The notes: generated by a model not told the origin, from the sequence alone. A DNA stretch of 62,152 nucleotides, filler included, from Basidiobolus ranarum (GCA_040143965.1; 23 parts of 23 records of this genome joined end to end with filler, not necessarily neighbours in it), one strand, 5' to 3'. Counted from the first letter of the whole stretch, positions 10,865 to 24,328 are shown. Numbers and translations are program-made.

Positions 10865-13478
10865 AAAAGGAACCTTCTGACCCTTCTTTATTGGAAGCTT
10901 ACAAGAAAAGAGACAAGAAGGCCTTTAATGTCATTTGTCAAAGTTTGAAGGATTCACAACTTGTGAATATTCAATGTGCAAAGACTTCCCATCAAGCTTG
11001 GACTATATTGGATGAGTGTTATGAAGCAAAGAGTCTTGCTAATAGACTCTTTCTCAGACAATAATTCTTCAATATAAAGATGAAAAAGTCTTGAATCATG
11101 GTTACTCATATTGCAAATGTGAGATCTTTGGCAAAACAACTGGAAAATATTGGTGCACCTTTACAGAAGGAAGATGTCATGATGAATCTTCTAGGTTGTC
11201 TACCAGAACAGTATTCAAACTTGGTCACAGCTTTGGAAGCAAGATCTGACTAGTTGTCTTTGGAGTTTGTGGTGGCAAGACTAATGGATCAATACCTCAG
11301 AAGTAAAAGTTTGGAAAATGAATATGAGGTAGTGGCTTCTTTGGAGCTGGAAAATGTAGCTTTGGCAAGTACAGAGGTTACAGAAGAAGGAAACCAGGTT
11401 TATGCTAATGGTTGTAACAAACCCAGGCACCAGCTAAAAGATTGTAAATCAAGAAATTACAACAAAAATGCAAAGTCAGAACAAGCAAATCAGGTTTCAA
11501 CCAAAGAGGAAGTTTATTGATTTCTGCCCTATCAGTGACCTCTGAACAAGACTGAAGGATGTGGTACATTGATTCTGGAGCCTTTTAACATTTCTCTAAC
11601 CAAAAAACTGGTTTAAGACACTGAAAACTGACATAAACAAGAAGGTTTATATGGGAGATAACCAGCCACTGGAAGTTCTTAGAGTGGGAGAAATTGAAGT
11701 GGATCTTGGGAGCATCTTTAGGGACATGTATTTGACACTGAAAAATATGCTACATGAGCCTGGGATAGCAAAATATTTGTTATCAGCGAGTAAAGCTACA
11801 TCTGAGGACATGGCTATAATTTTGATCAATATAGCTGTACAATCAGGGAACAAAAAGGGAATTATGCAGCTTCTGGAGCTAAGAAAAGTAGCTTGTATAA
11901 CTTGTATTAACTTCATTATATTGAGCCAATATATGAACAAGTTAATAGTGCCACAGCCGGAGAGATGGGCTGGAAAAACAGCCCATATTTTCACATGTGA
12001 TAAAACAGCAGACTACAGTGCCATATTCCCCACAGCAGAATGGAGTAGTAGAGTGTGCAAACAGATCAATAATCAAAAAGGCAAGATCAATGCTTCATGA
12101 TCAAGATTGACCAAAACAATACTTGCCTAAATTGGTTACAACTGCAGTATATATTAGGAATAAGTGTACTTATTTGTCTCTATTGGCTGTGACACCTTAT
12201 CAAGGTTGGTTTGGAAGTAAACCTGATGTGTCTTTTCTCAGAGTTTTTTGGAAGTACCACATATGCAATGATTCCAGACCAGAAGAGATCAAAATTAGAC
12301 CAAAAAGCCAGGAATGTCTTTTTTTGTAATATTGCAATGGAACAAACAGGTAAAACATTTATGACACTGAAAATAAGAGGCTAATCAAGTTAAGGGGCGT
12401 GGAATTTGCTGAAGAAGAAAAATTTTCAATCAAAACAATCCAGGATCAAGAAAAACAATCTATAATTGATGAAAATTCTTCTTTCTCTCACCAGATCCAG
12501 ATTTGTGAAAAAAAATTGAAAATTCCTCACCTGCATTTTCCTCAACCAAGCATGAGGTGGTTTCATTGCGTAAATTGGTACCAGAAGTTGGACTACAATG
12601 AAACTTTTGCTCCTGTAGCAAAGTTTAATACCATTGGAACCATACTAGCAGTGGCAGCAAAACACAGCTTAAAAATCAATCAAATGGATTTTAAACTGCT
12701 TTTTTGAATGGGGACTTGGGAGAGGATATATTCATGGATCAACCAGATGGCTTTGTGGATTCTGAGCACCCTGAAGACATGTTTAACCTACAATAATCAC
12801 TTTATATACTAAAAAAATCACCCAGGGCCTGGTACACTAAGATAAACACATTCTTCATATCACTTGATTTTCAAAAGAGTATGGTAGACTTTGGGATCTA
12901 CTTTGAGACAGATAAGGACGGTGAGGTGATACTTGCCTTTTATGTAGATGATCTGATAATAGCTACCAATAATGATGATGCTTTCAGGAACACCAAAAGA
13001 GATCTATCGGTCTAATTCATGATGATCAATTTAGGTGAACTTTTATATTTCTTGGCCTGTAGATCCATACAAATATATTGACCAAATCTATTACTCTGAA
13101 TCAATCTAAATACATTTCAGAAATTTGCAGATGATATAGGATGGAGAAATGTAAGCCAATAGCAACTCCCATGTATCCAGGTGTGAAACTATTCAAAAAT
13201 CCCATTGAAATTGATGACAATTGGCCAAATATGGCTCAAAATATGTCATTTGAAAGCCCTGAGTTCCCTGATCAAACTATGGTAGGTGGCTGATTTTATG
13301 CTATGACTGGAACCCAGCCAGTTATCTCTTTTGCAGTGGGAGTAGTTAGCCAATATGTGTCTAACCCAGGATCTGATAATGATGCAGCAGTTAAGCAGAT
13401 TTTCAGATATTTGAAGGGGACTATTGATCTGGGATTAAGGTACACATACTCTGAGGAGAATAAGGATCTAAATGGGTT
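10865..13478 (+). mobile_element. Decayed Ty1/Copia internal region (gag, protease, partial integrase, RT), LTR-A family
   Basis: gag (LENIGA..EDV.M.LL..LPEQYS), zinc knuckle, WYIDSG protease, and RT motifs DYNETFAPVAK, QMDFK, FYVDDL and AVKQIFRYLKGT; homologous to 54160-55286. Confidence 0.9.
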
Positions 13479-13578
13479 NNNNNNNNNNNNNNNNNNNNNN
13501 NNNNNNNNNNNNNNNNNNNNNNTTAATTAATTAANNNNNNNNNNNNNNNNNNNNNNNNNNNNNNNNNNNNNNNNNNNN

Positions 13579-14405
13579 ATAGCTTGGGAGCTGTCGGGCA
13601 CCAGCTTTGTCATTAAGGATTCAATCGGATTTGCTTCCAAAGTACTCCCTCAATACTACGAGACTAGTAAATTAACATCATTCACGCGTCAACTAGATGT
13701 AAGTATTTGTAGTTAGAATCATTCAAGGGTACATTACTAATCAATTCTCTTGAATAGATCTACGGATTTGAAAGAGTTTCTGACCGGCGAAGGACAAAGC
13801 AGAGTGTTGTTACATCATCGATAATCTATTCTCATCAATATTTCAAGCGAGATAAGCCAGATTCCCTGCACCTTATTCAACGCATATCGGGTCCATACTC
13901 TAAAGTGAGAACCAAATCCTCGATTCTGGGGGAAAGTCGAGACGTCAGGTCTACCTTACTACCTTTGTCACTCTTACCAGCATTATCCACTTCGCATCAA
14001 ATATCTCAAGATAAATGTGAATCGATATGCACGAAAGATACAGCAGTGGACTGTTTAAGCTGTACAGTTCTTAAACGTGAAGTAGTCACCTTGAGAAAGA
14101 CGATTGAGTATTACAAGTCTTTAATAGAGAATTCAGAAAATAATAATGATATTCCTTCAAATGGTGAAGATGCTCGTGCACTTGATATATCACAATCCTT
14201 AATCCCCTCTTTCACCCTGCCTGTCTCACCTAAGGAGGCTTCACTTGGTGTATGGACTAATTCTAATTTCAACGAAGAGGCTTGCACTGTCGATATATCA
14301 CATACATCATTCGCAACTTCTACCGTACTAAGTTTATGGGCTAACTCTGATCCCGATGTATATTCTTATACCTGTCCATATCCTTCACCTATGGAGGATT
14401 TTTAA
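13579..14405 (+). CDS. HSF-type DNA-binding domain protein, 5'-truncated; intron 13699-13757
   Basis: IAWELSGTSFVIKD...VLPQYYETSKLTSFTRQLD/IYGFERV...YSHQYFKRDKPDSLHLIQR. The 59-nt GT-AG intron keeps frame into ORF 13905-14405, which has a coiled-coil segment. Confidence 0.88.
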
Positions 14406-14914
14406 TGGTTTCCTAGGAATGATAGTAATTAATGGATATTATTGTAATGTACTTACCTCCTTTGCGCGCCAATTTAATGCAGATTAGCCGAGTCACCATT
14501 GATGAGGGGCTCTGTTTGTAGAATGTCTTCATCGTATTTGTTAGTAGATCATACATTATTGTCACTAATAACGATCTGTACTTGGATGTTAATAGTAAAG
14601 AAGTGGATATAACAGTCACGATTAAGTACTTATTCTAATACTTCCCTTTATGGGAATTCTGCTGCTTTATGTAAGGTAGAATATATACATATACAGAGAG
14701 AGAGAGAACACCCGGTAATATCAGTATTTAGTACGATGTTTCTCAGGTCTGTTTAATCAAACAAAAACGAAACATTCCATTCCTAATGGGATAACCAAAA
14801 TCAAATCGCAGTTATCCGTCGCACTATCTTTATTATTTACACTAATACCCTCTTCATCTGTATACCGAGCTTATACTTCCCACCTATAGCTCAAGACGTA
14901 ACGGAACTAAAGTT

Positions 14915-15135
14915 TACAAGAGGAATTTACTTGGAGTATTTAGAGAACTTGTCCTAAAAGCCCCAAACTTGTCACACATGCCCCTGGGACTCTCCTTAAC
15001 ACATGCTACATATTTTTGTTTACCTCTTTACAAAACTATGAATGCCAACTTTCAACTCAATAAATCAATAAGTGAAAACCATCAATTCTTTTAGTTCTCC
15101 AAACCACTTCCAACAAACTCCCAAAAAACTTCAAC
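14915..15135 (+). mobile_element. Partial Copia LTR (family C-related)
   Basis: Direct repeat of 15250-15501, ending ...CTTCAACA. Confidence 0.7.
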
Positions 15136-15155
15136 AAATTTGGTATTGTGCTAAG

Positions 15156-15501
15156 TGTTGAAATTAGCATTGCCTAAGCACCTATATAGTCATATAGCTT
15201 AGTACTTGGTTATCTTATATTTCACTATGATATTACTCATTATTCCTAATTGGAATTTACTTAGAATATCTTTACCAGCTTAGAATTTCCCAGATATATA
15301 GATTTTTCAAACTTGTGCTAGAAGCCCCAATCTTTGCATACATGTTTCAGGGACCTTCCTTAGCACATTCTACAGCTTAGTTTGCTTAAATCCTGACAAA
15401 ACTATAAATGTCAACTTTCAACTCAATAAATCAAGAAGTGAAAACCACCAATTTCTCTAATTCTCCAAACCACTTCCAACAAGCTCCCAAGTACTTTGAC
15501 A
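15156..15501 (+). mobile_element. Solo Copia LTR (family C)
   Basis: TGTTG...GACA ends; flanks CTAAG/CCAAG form a 5-bp TSD with one C/T mismatch; same repeat precedes gag at 38873-39220. Confidence 0.85.
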
Positions 15502-16292
15502 CCAAGTATCATATAAAGCCTAGTTGACAAGTGCAACCAACAGGTGATGCCAAACATAGAAGTATTTCAGATAAATATGCATGCATCTGTTATATCTAAA
15601 TACCATCACGAACTAGTACCATTAACTAGAGACACTATGTAATGCAAAGATAGTCTTAAATTCCCGCTGAACTTGAATGATTAAACTTATAGCATATTAA
15701 ATATAATTCCTGCATGTAATAATAGTTCCGCATTCCAAGATGCTAAAATCTACTTGACAACAAGTAGCCAAGGTACCCATTATGCATACATCTACAAGAT
15801 TAGGTGTAGTGAGTATAGTAGTTACAAAATAATCATATTTGCTTGTAAATACACTGACCAATGCTGCTTTATTCATTGTGCCAGACAATTTCATAATTTA
15901 GACAATACATTTACAGTCTCAGGAGACTTTCAAAACTCTTGAAAAGGTTACAATGGTGTGAAGGAGCACCTGCACAGCTAACATTGCAGTATCAAAAGTA
16001 TACAACCAGAATACTTTTCTTAAAGCCCAATATGCACTTGAGTCCCTATAGTGCTAATAATCTACTATTTTCTTAACAGCAATCAAATGTATGTAGCAGT
16101 CAATTTAGTCTAGATGCATATAGTACTGAGTGAAACAGGAAGGAAAGATACGTAATATCAAAATGGTTAACAAAATCAGATACAGGTTTCAANNNNNNNN
16201 NNNNNNNNNNNNNNNNNNNNNNNNNNNNNNNNNNNNTTAATTAATTAANNNNNNNNNNNNNNNNNNNNNNNNNNNNNNNNNNNNNNNNNNNN

Positions 16293-16415
16293 TTTTTTGT
16301 ATTTTCACCAAAATGTATAAATGCTTTATATCTGGATAATAAGTAATTATCTCACGAAAATATTCACAACTCCACTCTTCTAAAGTTCCTCCAAACAGCC
16401 CATATTTTCCCAATA
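16293..16415 (+). mobile_element. Partial Copia LTR (family A)
   Basis: CACAACTCCAC..CTAAAGTTCCTCCAAACAGCCCATATTTTCCCAATA matches the end of the LTR at 40682-41059. Confidence 0.85.
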
Positions 16416-16729
16416 TGGAATAAAAAGCCTAAAATATCTAAATAAAGGCATGCATATTAACTTGAACTCCTACAGCAGTAAACTCTGTAATTTGCCATTT
16501 GAAATTAGATTTTTGCAAAAATTGCTGGAAATAAATAGCCCAAGCCAAATATGAGGATCAATATTTGAACATGTATTAATATCATCAAAATACCATCCAG
16601 AAGCTGCTGTCTCAGCATCCATGTCCCTGGCAGAATGCAAGCCACCAATATTGTGATGGGTCTCCAATGGTTTTGCAATCCAGAAGGGTGGATCTGATCT
16701 GGATCAAATCAATTTTATTTTTGTTAAGG
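16416..16729 (-). mobile_element. CACTA/CMC end 'L'
   Basis: Homologous to 5434-5760 with the same boundary. Confidence 0.8.
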
Positions 16730-17896
16730 TGTGGCATGAGAAGGACATTGTAGAAAAAGAACATCTTATACATAAGGGTTGTAATTTTGATATAACCTAT
16801 CAATATCATCAGCTGATTCTGAGATGGTATCACAGTGAGTCATCAGGGGATTTACAAGATATTTCTGGAAATGGATGGCAATTTTGGTTTATTATGAGCT
16901 GTTTCTAAGCAATTTCATTGCACCAAACTTACTTTGGAAGGCATTAACATGCCGGAAACTAACTCAAGTAATGATGAAGCATTAATCAATTTACCAGACT
17001 TGTTCCTTTCCAGCAATAGTGCAAGTGAAGAGATTGTAATCCCCAAATTACGTAGTAAATTAATAGTTGAGCAAAGTTCAATAGAAACACTGTCAAGCCC
17101 ATCAACTTCCAAAATGGCTAATTTGCCAATTATTGAACAACCCTCTGTAGAAAACTTGGATATACTTATTACAAGGGAATTGCAGACAGAATGCCATAAT
17201 GATTTGTATGTGATGATAAGCAAAAACTACAAAGTTGCTATACAGGCCATGACAAGCAATAATGCCACAACATTGCAGTTAATGCAGGATTCTGAAGCAA
17301 CTAGTCAACAGTTAGAGAGTCATTCAACAATGATACAAGACCTTCAGAATGCTGTACTTGAACTACAGCAATATGCTGCTCCATCCATCCATTCTCATAT
17401 GGGATTTCAATCAATCCCACACCATACATATGAACATCTACATACAGAGTGGCCCAATATCACAGGGTATCTACCAGATAGATGGAAGAATGTTGATTCA
17501 GCAATGTTAATACAATGGTGGGCTTTGATGGAGATATTGATATAAACTCATGTTGGATATGAGTCAAACCTTGGGTATGGAGAACTCTAAAAAATATTCA
17601 GGAGAATATATCAAAGAAACTAGGGATTTTGAAGGTGACAAATTGACATTCGAGTGGAAATGTGCAAAATTTAAGTTACATTTTTTGCACATTTGTTGAT
17701 CCATAGTTTTTTGAGATTGTGGCCAATCATGTGAATGATTTTGCAAGATCTTGAAATTTCACTCCTGATACTGAAAAAATTGATTAAAGTCAAATCTAAG
17801 TTGATAATTTTATGATGGTAAGTAAATGGTCAATCCAAAATAGATTAGAATTGTGATAGTTTTCTTATGCCACCAATCCTCAAATTTCTGCTAGGG
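16730..17896 (+). mobile_element. CACTA/CMC ORF2 (internally deleted; ORF 16934-17545) plus end 'R'
   Basis: ORF2 homology followed by ...CCTCAAATTTCTGCTAGGG, the reverse complement of CCCTAGCAGAAAT. Confidence 0.8.
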
Positions 17897-18538
17897 CACA
17901 GAGCACACTGAGTAGTATCATACTACAAGGATGTATAAAAATAGTAAAAGTGCTTGAAGAGTATTTTCAAAAGTATGACAGGAAAAACACAGTGCAAGTG
18001 TGCAAGAGTGGCTTCAGAGCAAGAACATTTAACTTGACCTTCAGTCTGGTGTTGACTATGCAGATATCTGGGAAAAACTTAATATAGAGTGACACAATAT
18101 TGCAGGGTATCTGTCATATTGCTGGAAAAATGTTGATTCAGCAATGTTAATACAATAGTAGGCTTTGATGGAGATATTGATACAAACTCATGATGGATAT
18201 GAGCTAAACCTTGGGTATGAAGAACTCTATAAAAAGTTTCCAGAGAATATATCAAAGAAACTAGGGATTTCAAAGGTGACAAATTAATGTTCAAGTGATA
18301 AATGTGTAAAATTTGATTTATGTTTTTTGCACATGTGTTGATCCATAGTTTACTAAGATTGTAGCTACTCAGATCCAACTATTATGCAAGATCTTCAAAT
18401 TTCACTCCTAAAACTGAAAAAATTGATTAAATCAAGTCTAACTTGATAATTTTATGATGGTATGTAAATGGTCAATCCAAAATGGATTAAAATTGTGATA
18501 GTTTTCTTATGCCACCAATCCTTAAATTTCTGTTATGG
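17897..18538 (+). mobile_element. Second CACTA/CMC ORF2 3' part plus end 'R'
   Basis: Direct repeat of about 17440-17896, ending AAATTTCTGTTATGG. Confidence 0.8.
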
Positions 18539-18554
18539 TTTTCTTCAGAAGTTT

Positions 18555-18870
18555 TGTTGGATAAGTAATCTTCATTCAACATCTTAGTTAACTTTAGTTA
18601 TGATACATTTATCAGAAATAAAAAATGACATATCTATAGCCCCTATATTCTAAATAGGTATATCTCTCTATCTATATAACAAGTATGTTTTATTACCCCC
18701 ACTTATCTCTTATATCTTATTACACAAACTCCTGAATATCTCAAACAATTGATTTACTTCTCTACTATATAAGTCACCATATTCTCTCAAAAATAAAGTA
18801 ACCAAAAACACTATCATAAGTTGCCTCTAATATACAAAGTCTACCCCCATTATGTCAAGATCCTCCCACA
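18555..18870 (+). mobile_element. Solo LTR (family E) with 5-bp TSD
   Basis: TGTTGG...CCCACA flanked by a perfect AGTTT/AGTTT; inverted copy at 41221-41536. Confidence 0.85.
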
Positions 18871-19005
18871 AGTTTCTTCTTCATCTGGTTGAACTACTTG
18901 CCAGANNNNNNNNNNNNNNNNNNNNNNNNNNNNNNNNNNNNNNNNNNNNTTAATTAATTAANNNNNNNNNNNNNNNNNNNNNNNNNNNNNNNNNNNNNNN
19001 NNNNN

Positions 19006-19156
19006 AATGTTCTGAACACAACCCCAGTGTTAGTTTTCTGTATTTTCACCAAAATGTATAAATGCTATATTTCTGGAAAATAAATAATTATTGCACATAG
19101 CAAATCACAACTCCACTTTTCTAAAGTTCCTCCAAACAGCCCATATTTTCCCAACA
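19006..19156 (+). mobile_element. Partial Copia LTR (family A)
   Basis: Ends ...CATATTTTCCCAACA. Confidence 0.85.
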
Positions 19157-19275
19157 CCAATATGAACTAGGCTGGGAAAGATCAGTTACAATAATTTGAA
19201 GTTGGTGCCACTTCAGTAAGGAAGTATTTTGTAGGCCAAAGGTGTCATCCCCTTCTTTAGGCTGCTATTCTGCTC

Positions 19276-20372
19276 TACATTATAGTAAGGCAGCATTGCT
19301 ACCCACTGGCAGGCTGACTTATATCCACTCCTAGCTCATATCCTTACTATTGCATGATTTCTATTTTATTATCCATATTTGATTTATGCATATTTACTAG
19401 ACAGTTATAGTACATTATTAGTATTATCCCCTATTATTTCAGATTTGTTAGTATTAACCCACATTAGCCCCATTATTTTCTGGAAAATTCTACAATCTTC
19501 CAGAACATTCCATAAGATTCTTGGATTATTTGATAACTAATTGAGGTTTGATCATTCAAAACTTGATTTTGCCAGGACATTCCATGACTTTGTGGATTAT
19601 TCTTCAATCTACCGGAACATTTCACAAATTACTAATCTTATGATTTACAATGATATCATAAACCGAGATCCTCACCAGTAGAATGCTCTGGAACTTTCTT
19701 GAAATTCTCATTAGTAATCATATCTACCTTCAGAACAGTATAAATAGGAGTCATATCTTTTCAAATTAAAATAATCCTGGTTTTCAACTAACTATTACTA
19801 CTTGTGATCCCCCTTATTTTCATCTCTGCTTACAAGACCTTTGAAGAGGAAGCTCAAGAGAGACTACTAGAGACAGTTACAGGCTACTGTGTGACTAGTA
19901 AGGACTTGACCGGCTCAAAGTAAGTACTGACAGGTAGGTATTATATTTCTGATACTTTATAATTTTTCCCTAGCTTTGTCTGTATAGGCAAGTAACTTTT
20001 CATATCCATGGCTAAATCACTACTAGTGCATCTGTATTCAAGGCCTGGCTGGCTAAGTTTACAGTTACTTTTGATTGGATATACCCTTTTTATCTGATCA
20101 TTTTCGATGGACATTTAAGCCAGTATATGCTTTTGTCAGTCACCAGCATATTATTCAACAGAAAGCTGAACATTGCATTGTGCTTTATCAGTCCTCAGAC
20201 ATTTCTAGAGGCTGGATTCCCTTTCACAAAGACCCAAGAGACAAGAGACAGACCCATATTAGAGTACATCCCAGAGTTATTCAACTGTGGTTGGTGCACC
20301 CTTTGGATGCAGCATAAACCCCTTAAGATATTGCAGTTATAGTTGCTGCTTACATCCTTAAACAACTACAAC
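19276..20372 (+). repeat. ~1.1-kb dispersed repeat, probable long LTR (family D)
   Basis: Colinear with 33558-34630, which starts with TG after a purine tract; contains TATAAATA. Confidence 0.7.
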
Positions 20373-20379
20373 ATGATAA

Positions 20380-21320
20380 GGAATCAGGTTTTCCTTGCAG
20401 GCTCCCGGGTCAATATGTAGTCCTGAAATTTAAACTGGTAGGAAATAATGACCATCTTGCTTGATGTTGGTTAAGAACTTTGATTGTACTAAAATACTCA
20501 AGATTCTTATGATCACAATATATGGTGATTATGTGATTTGCCCCATCAAACTATTGTTGCCATTATTTAATACAACAATTGTTGCTATCAGGTCTTTGTC
20601 ATTTTTGTCATATTGCTTTCTGCTGCAGAGAACTATCTTGAGTAAAAGGCAACTGGGTGCAGTAAGTTGTCATCACCATACTGTGATAGTACTGCTCCTA
20701 GAGCAAAGTCAGTTACATCAGTTTCAGCAATGAATGGCTTGTCTAGCTTGGTGTGTGTCAGGATTGGGGCTGTGGTAAAAGCATTCTCTAAAGTTACAGA
20801 TGCTTGTTGGCAAGATGGGTTGCAGTCAAATGGGAATTCTTTGTTGGTAAGGTTTGTTAATGGAGCAGAATTTTTGGAGTAGTGCTTGACAAACTGGTGG
20901 TAAGAGTTTGCAAATCCAAGGAAAGATTGGACATCTTTCACATTCCTGGGGGTATCCAAAGACAGAACAGATTATACCTTCTTAGGATCCAAGGAGATGC
21001 TTGTTGGGCTGATGTCATATCCAAGCAATTCAACTTGAGCTTGGTCAAATTCACATTTCTCAGGTTTAGCACAGAGACCAGAGATTTTCAACTTTTCTAG
21101 GACTTGAGAAATACAAATATTTTGTTCTTCTGGCGAGCTTGAGAAGACCAAGATATTGTCAAGGTAGATTACCACTAACTAGTCAAGATACTCTTTGAAA
21201 ATTTCATACATCATGTGTTGAAAGACTCCAGAGGCATTGGTAAGTCCAAATAGAATGATATTGTTTTTAAAAAGGCCATGGAAAGTTCAAAAAACAGTTT
21301 TCCATTGGTTTCCTTATATA
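20380..21320 (-). mobile_element. Decayed Ty3/Gypsy RT-RNase H
   Basis: FGLTNASGVFQ, VVIYLDNILVFS, KPEKCEF, VQSFLGFAN, ETDVTDFALGAVLSQ, HPVAFYSR. Confidence 0.92.
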
Positions 21321-21321
21321 G

Positions 21322-21469
21322 ATGTTAAATGGTGAAACATAATATACTGAATAGGGAATATACTGTTGCAAGTTCAATTGTTGGGGTGTTGGGGATCACA
21401 AGAACAGTACAGCAGATATGATGTCATAATCTAATTATAGATTAGTAGGCCAAGATCAGAATCATGACA
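21322..21469 (-). mobile_element. Deleted Ty3 LTR (family B)
   Basis: Matches 22965-23050 and the AGATCAGAATCATGACA terminus. Confidence 0.7.
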
Positions 21470-21717
21470 GCTGGGTTGAAAGGAAAAAAGCCAGCAATAA
21501 CTGAGGACTTAATCAATGAGCAGTCTAGCAATCCAATATCCACTTTGGAAGGCATTAACATGCTGGATACTAGCTCAATTAATGATGAAGCATTGAGCAA
21601 TTTATCAGATGAGTTCCNNNNNNNNNNNNNNNNNNNNNNNNNNNNNNNNNNNNNNNNNNNNTTAATTAATTAANNNNNNNNNNNNNNNNNNNNNNNNNNN
21701 NNNNNNNNNNNNNNNNN

Positions 21718-22753
21718 CCAGTTTCTTTGAGACATTCTCCTAAATATTTATAAAGAGTTCTTCATACCCAAGGTTTAGCTCATATCCAAAACAAGTTTGT
21801 ATCAGTATCTCCATCAAAGCCTACTGTTGTATTAATGTTGCTGAATCAACATTCTTGCAGGTATGTGGCTGATACCCTCAATATTTTGCCACTCTGTATT
21901 AAGTTCTTCCCAGATATCTGCATGGTCAACACCAGACTGAATGTCAAGTTGATTGTTCTTCTGCTGCCACTTTCTGCACACTTGCACTGCATTTTTACCT
22001 TCATACTATTGAAAATATTCCTCAAGCACTTTGACAATTTGTATCCATCCTTGTAGTGTGACACTACTCAGAGTGCTCTGTGGTGCTTGTGCGGCTTTTT
22101 GCTTTCCTTTAAGTTTGGGGCTAATTTCAACACTTTGAAAAGTACCAGTTGAAGTTGGAGAGCCATGAGTTTTATTTGCTGGTGGTTTGGCTTGTTGAGA
22201 GGTGCAAGGTGTTGGATAAACTTTCAAATTTAGCACTCTTCCCACAAGTGTACCAGGTTCCATGGTGAAATTAAGCTTTTTTGCTAGTATATCTGACTCT
22301 GGAAAAGCAGATCTTCTTAATGGTGTTAAGAATTTGGTAAGTGGGACAGTAGAGCCCAAACTCACTGGCTCCTTTGCTTTTCCCTTGAGTTTACTAACTT
22401 CCTGCTTCTTGAGTACTTCTTTAGATGCTTTACTTTCTTTCCCAAGTCAATAATTGTGTACATTTTTGAGATGCTTCATGAATGTGCCTATACTAGCCCA
22501 ATTACCATTTGCTTGCAAAAAACCAGGATAAGCCACATGAAATAAGTCAAGAACCTTCAGAGGAACAACTAGTTTTTGGTTTTTCCACAATTGGCCTAAG
22601 TCCAGGTGATTTCAGGCAAGATTCTGCACAGTTTCCAAAATGTTAAAACACTCATCATCAGAGCAAGTGATGGCAGCTCTGAAATTCAGAGTCTTTTGGT
22701 TTGCCAGTTTTCCTAAAAGATTTCTACCTTCATGTGCCCAAGCAATTTTGGGT
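21718..22753 (-). pseudogene. CACTA/CMC ORF2 remnant
   Basis: TGTFQSVEISPKLKGKQK...KVLEEYFQ and downstream segments match 17897-18300 and 42760-43263. Confidence 0.75.
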
Positions 22754-23312
22754 TGTTGTATAGGCTTAAATTCTCAAGGTTAAGCTTAAGGACTGCAAAC
22801 AATGACAAGAGGCTAGAAGGCAGGAGAGTACTTGGGTATAGACCACAATACAAGACATGACAAGACTGGACAGGGAAGATACTTTGGCAAGAATCTTTAT
22901 TGATAACTGGCATTGATCAGACCTCAGTCTGATCAAGGAATACATAGGGCTTATATAGATATTGCAAGGTGAAACATAATATACTTAATAGGGAATATAC
23001 TGTGGCAAGTTCAAAAGTTGGGGTGTTGGGGACTACAACGACCAGTACAAAGAGGGATGATGCAAAGATGTTGTAAGTATGATCAGGTGACCTTCCATGG
23101 AAGGTTTTGGCGGAAATACACTATGTGTAGGATAGCATGATTAGTTATATTTTATGGAATGTTCCAAAGAACATGAGTTCCATATAAGGTAATCTGGATG
23201 AACTGACACCAGATTGCAAAGAAGGAATGGCATAGCAGATATGGTGTTTTAACCTAATATTAGAAGAGTTCTATTTGCAGTGGATAAGTATGTCAAGATC
23301 AGAATCATGACA
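22754..23312 (-). mobile_element. 3' LTR of a chromoviral Ty3/Gypsy element (family B, ~559 bp)
   Basis: Minus strand TGTCA...TACAACA, preceded by the polypurine tract AAAGAAGGGG (about 23317-23326). Confidence 0.85.
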
Positions 23313-23329
23313 GTAGCCCCTTCTTTAGT

Positions 23330-24328
23330 GATGGCTTCCAGACATCATAGGGCCAGGTTTTTTGGGGTAGGCTTCATGAAACTCCAGGCAAAGTTCCTTG
23401 GAATTAGGAAGACTTGTTGCTGGCTCCTAGGATTGATCATTTGTTGAGTATCCCTTCCAGTCCACTAAATATTGCAATTTATATTGATAAATTCTGGAAT
23501 CTAGAATTTTACTAACTTCATATTCAGGGTGTTCTTCAACTTGGATTGCTGGGGGTGGGTCAATGGATTGGCCCTTGAAGGTATTTCTGGCATGTGGCTC
23601 TAAGAGGGACACATGGAATACATTGTGGACTTTGAAATGGGCTGGGAGTTCAAGGCAGAAGGCTACTGAATTGATTTGTTTAATAATCTTAAAAGGCCCT
23701 AGTCTTTTATGATCAAGTTTATCACAAGGTCTAGTGGTTTTGATATTTTTCCAGAGTAGCCAAACATAATCTCCTGGCTTGAGATCTGGGCTTGGCTTTC
23801 TTTTCTTATCAGCAAAGTTCTTGTATTGGGATTGAGCATGTTCCAACTTGGATATTAACTGTTTATGGATGTCCTTAAGGAAAGTGGCATGGTCTGAGGC
23901 AGCAGGGCAAGGTAGATTGGATGGTGGGTGAATTGTGAAACAAGGATGGAATCCATAATTTGCAAAGAAAGGAGTTTGCTTTGTTGAGGTATGATAAGAG
24001 TTGTTGTAAGCAAATTCAGCAAGAGGCAAGAGTTGTGTCCAATTATCCTGATTATAGTTGATAGTGCATCGCAAATATTGTTCCAAAACTTGATTGACTC
24101 TTTCTGTTTGGCCATCAGATTGGGGGTGGAAGGCAGTGGAGAGATTGGCAGAGATACCCAAGGTATGGAGGAGACTTTTCCAGAATTTGGAAGCAAACTG
24201 AGGTCCTTGGTCAGAGATGATAGTTTCAGGGAGGCCATGTAGGCAGAAGATGTTTTGAGTTACCAATTCTGCTGTTTGTTTTGCATCAATTGACTTGTTG
24301 CAGGGCACAAAGTGGGCCATCTTTGTTA
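23330..24328 (-). pseudogene. Ty3/Gypsy integrase plus chromodomain
   Basis: HGLPETIISD, STAFHPQSDGQTERVNQ, LPLAEFAYNN, GPF, VFHVSLL, EYEVSKILDSR...YLVDWKGY; the WEP Trp codon is TAG at 23427-23429. Confidence 0.95.
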
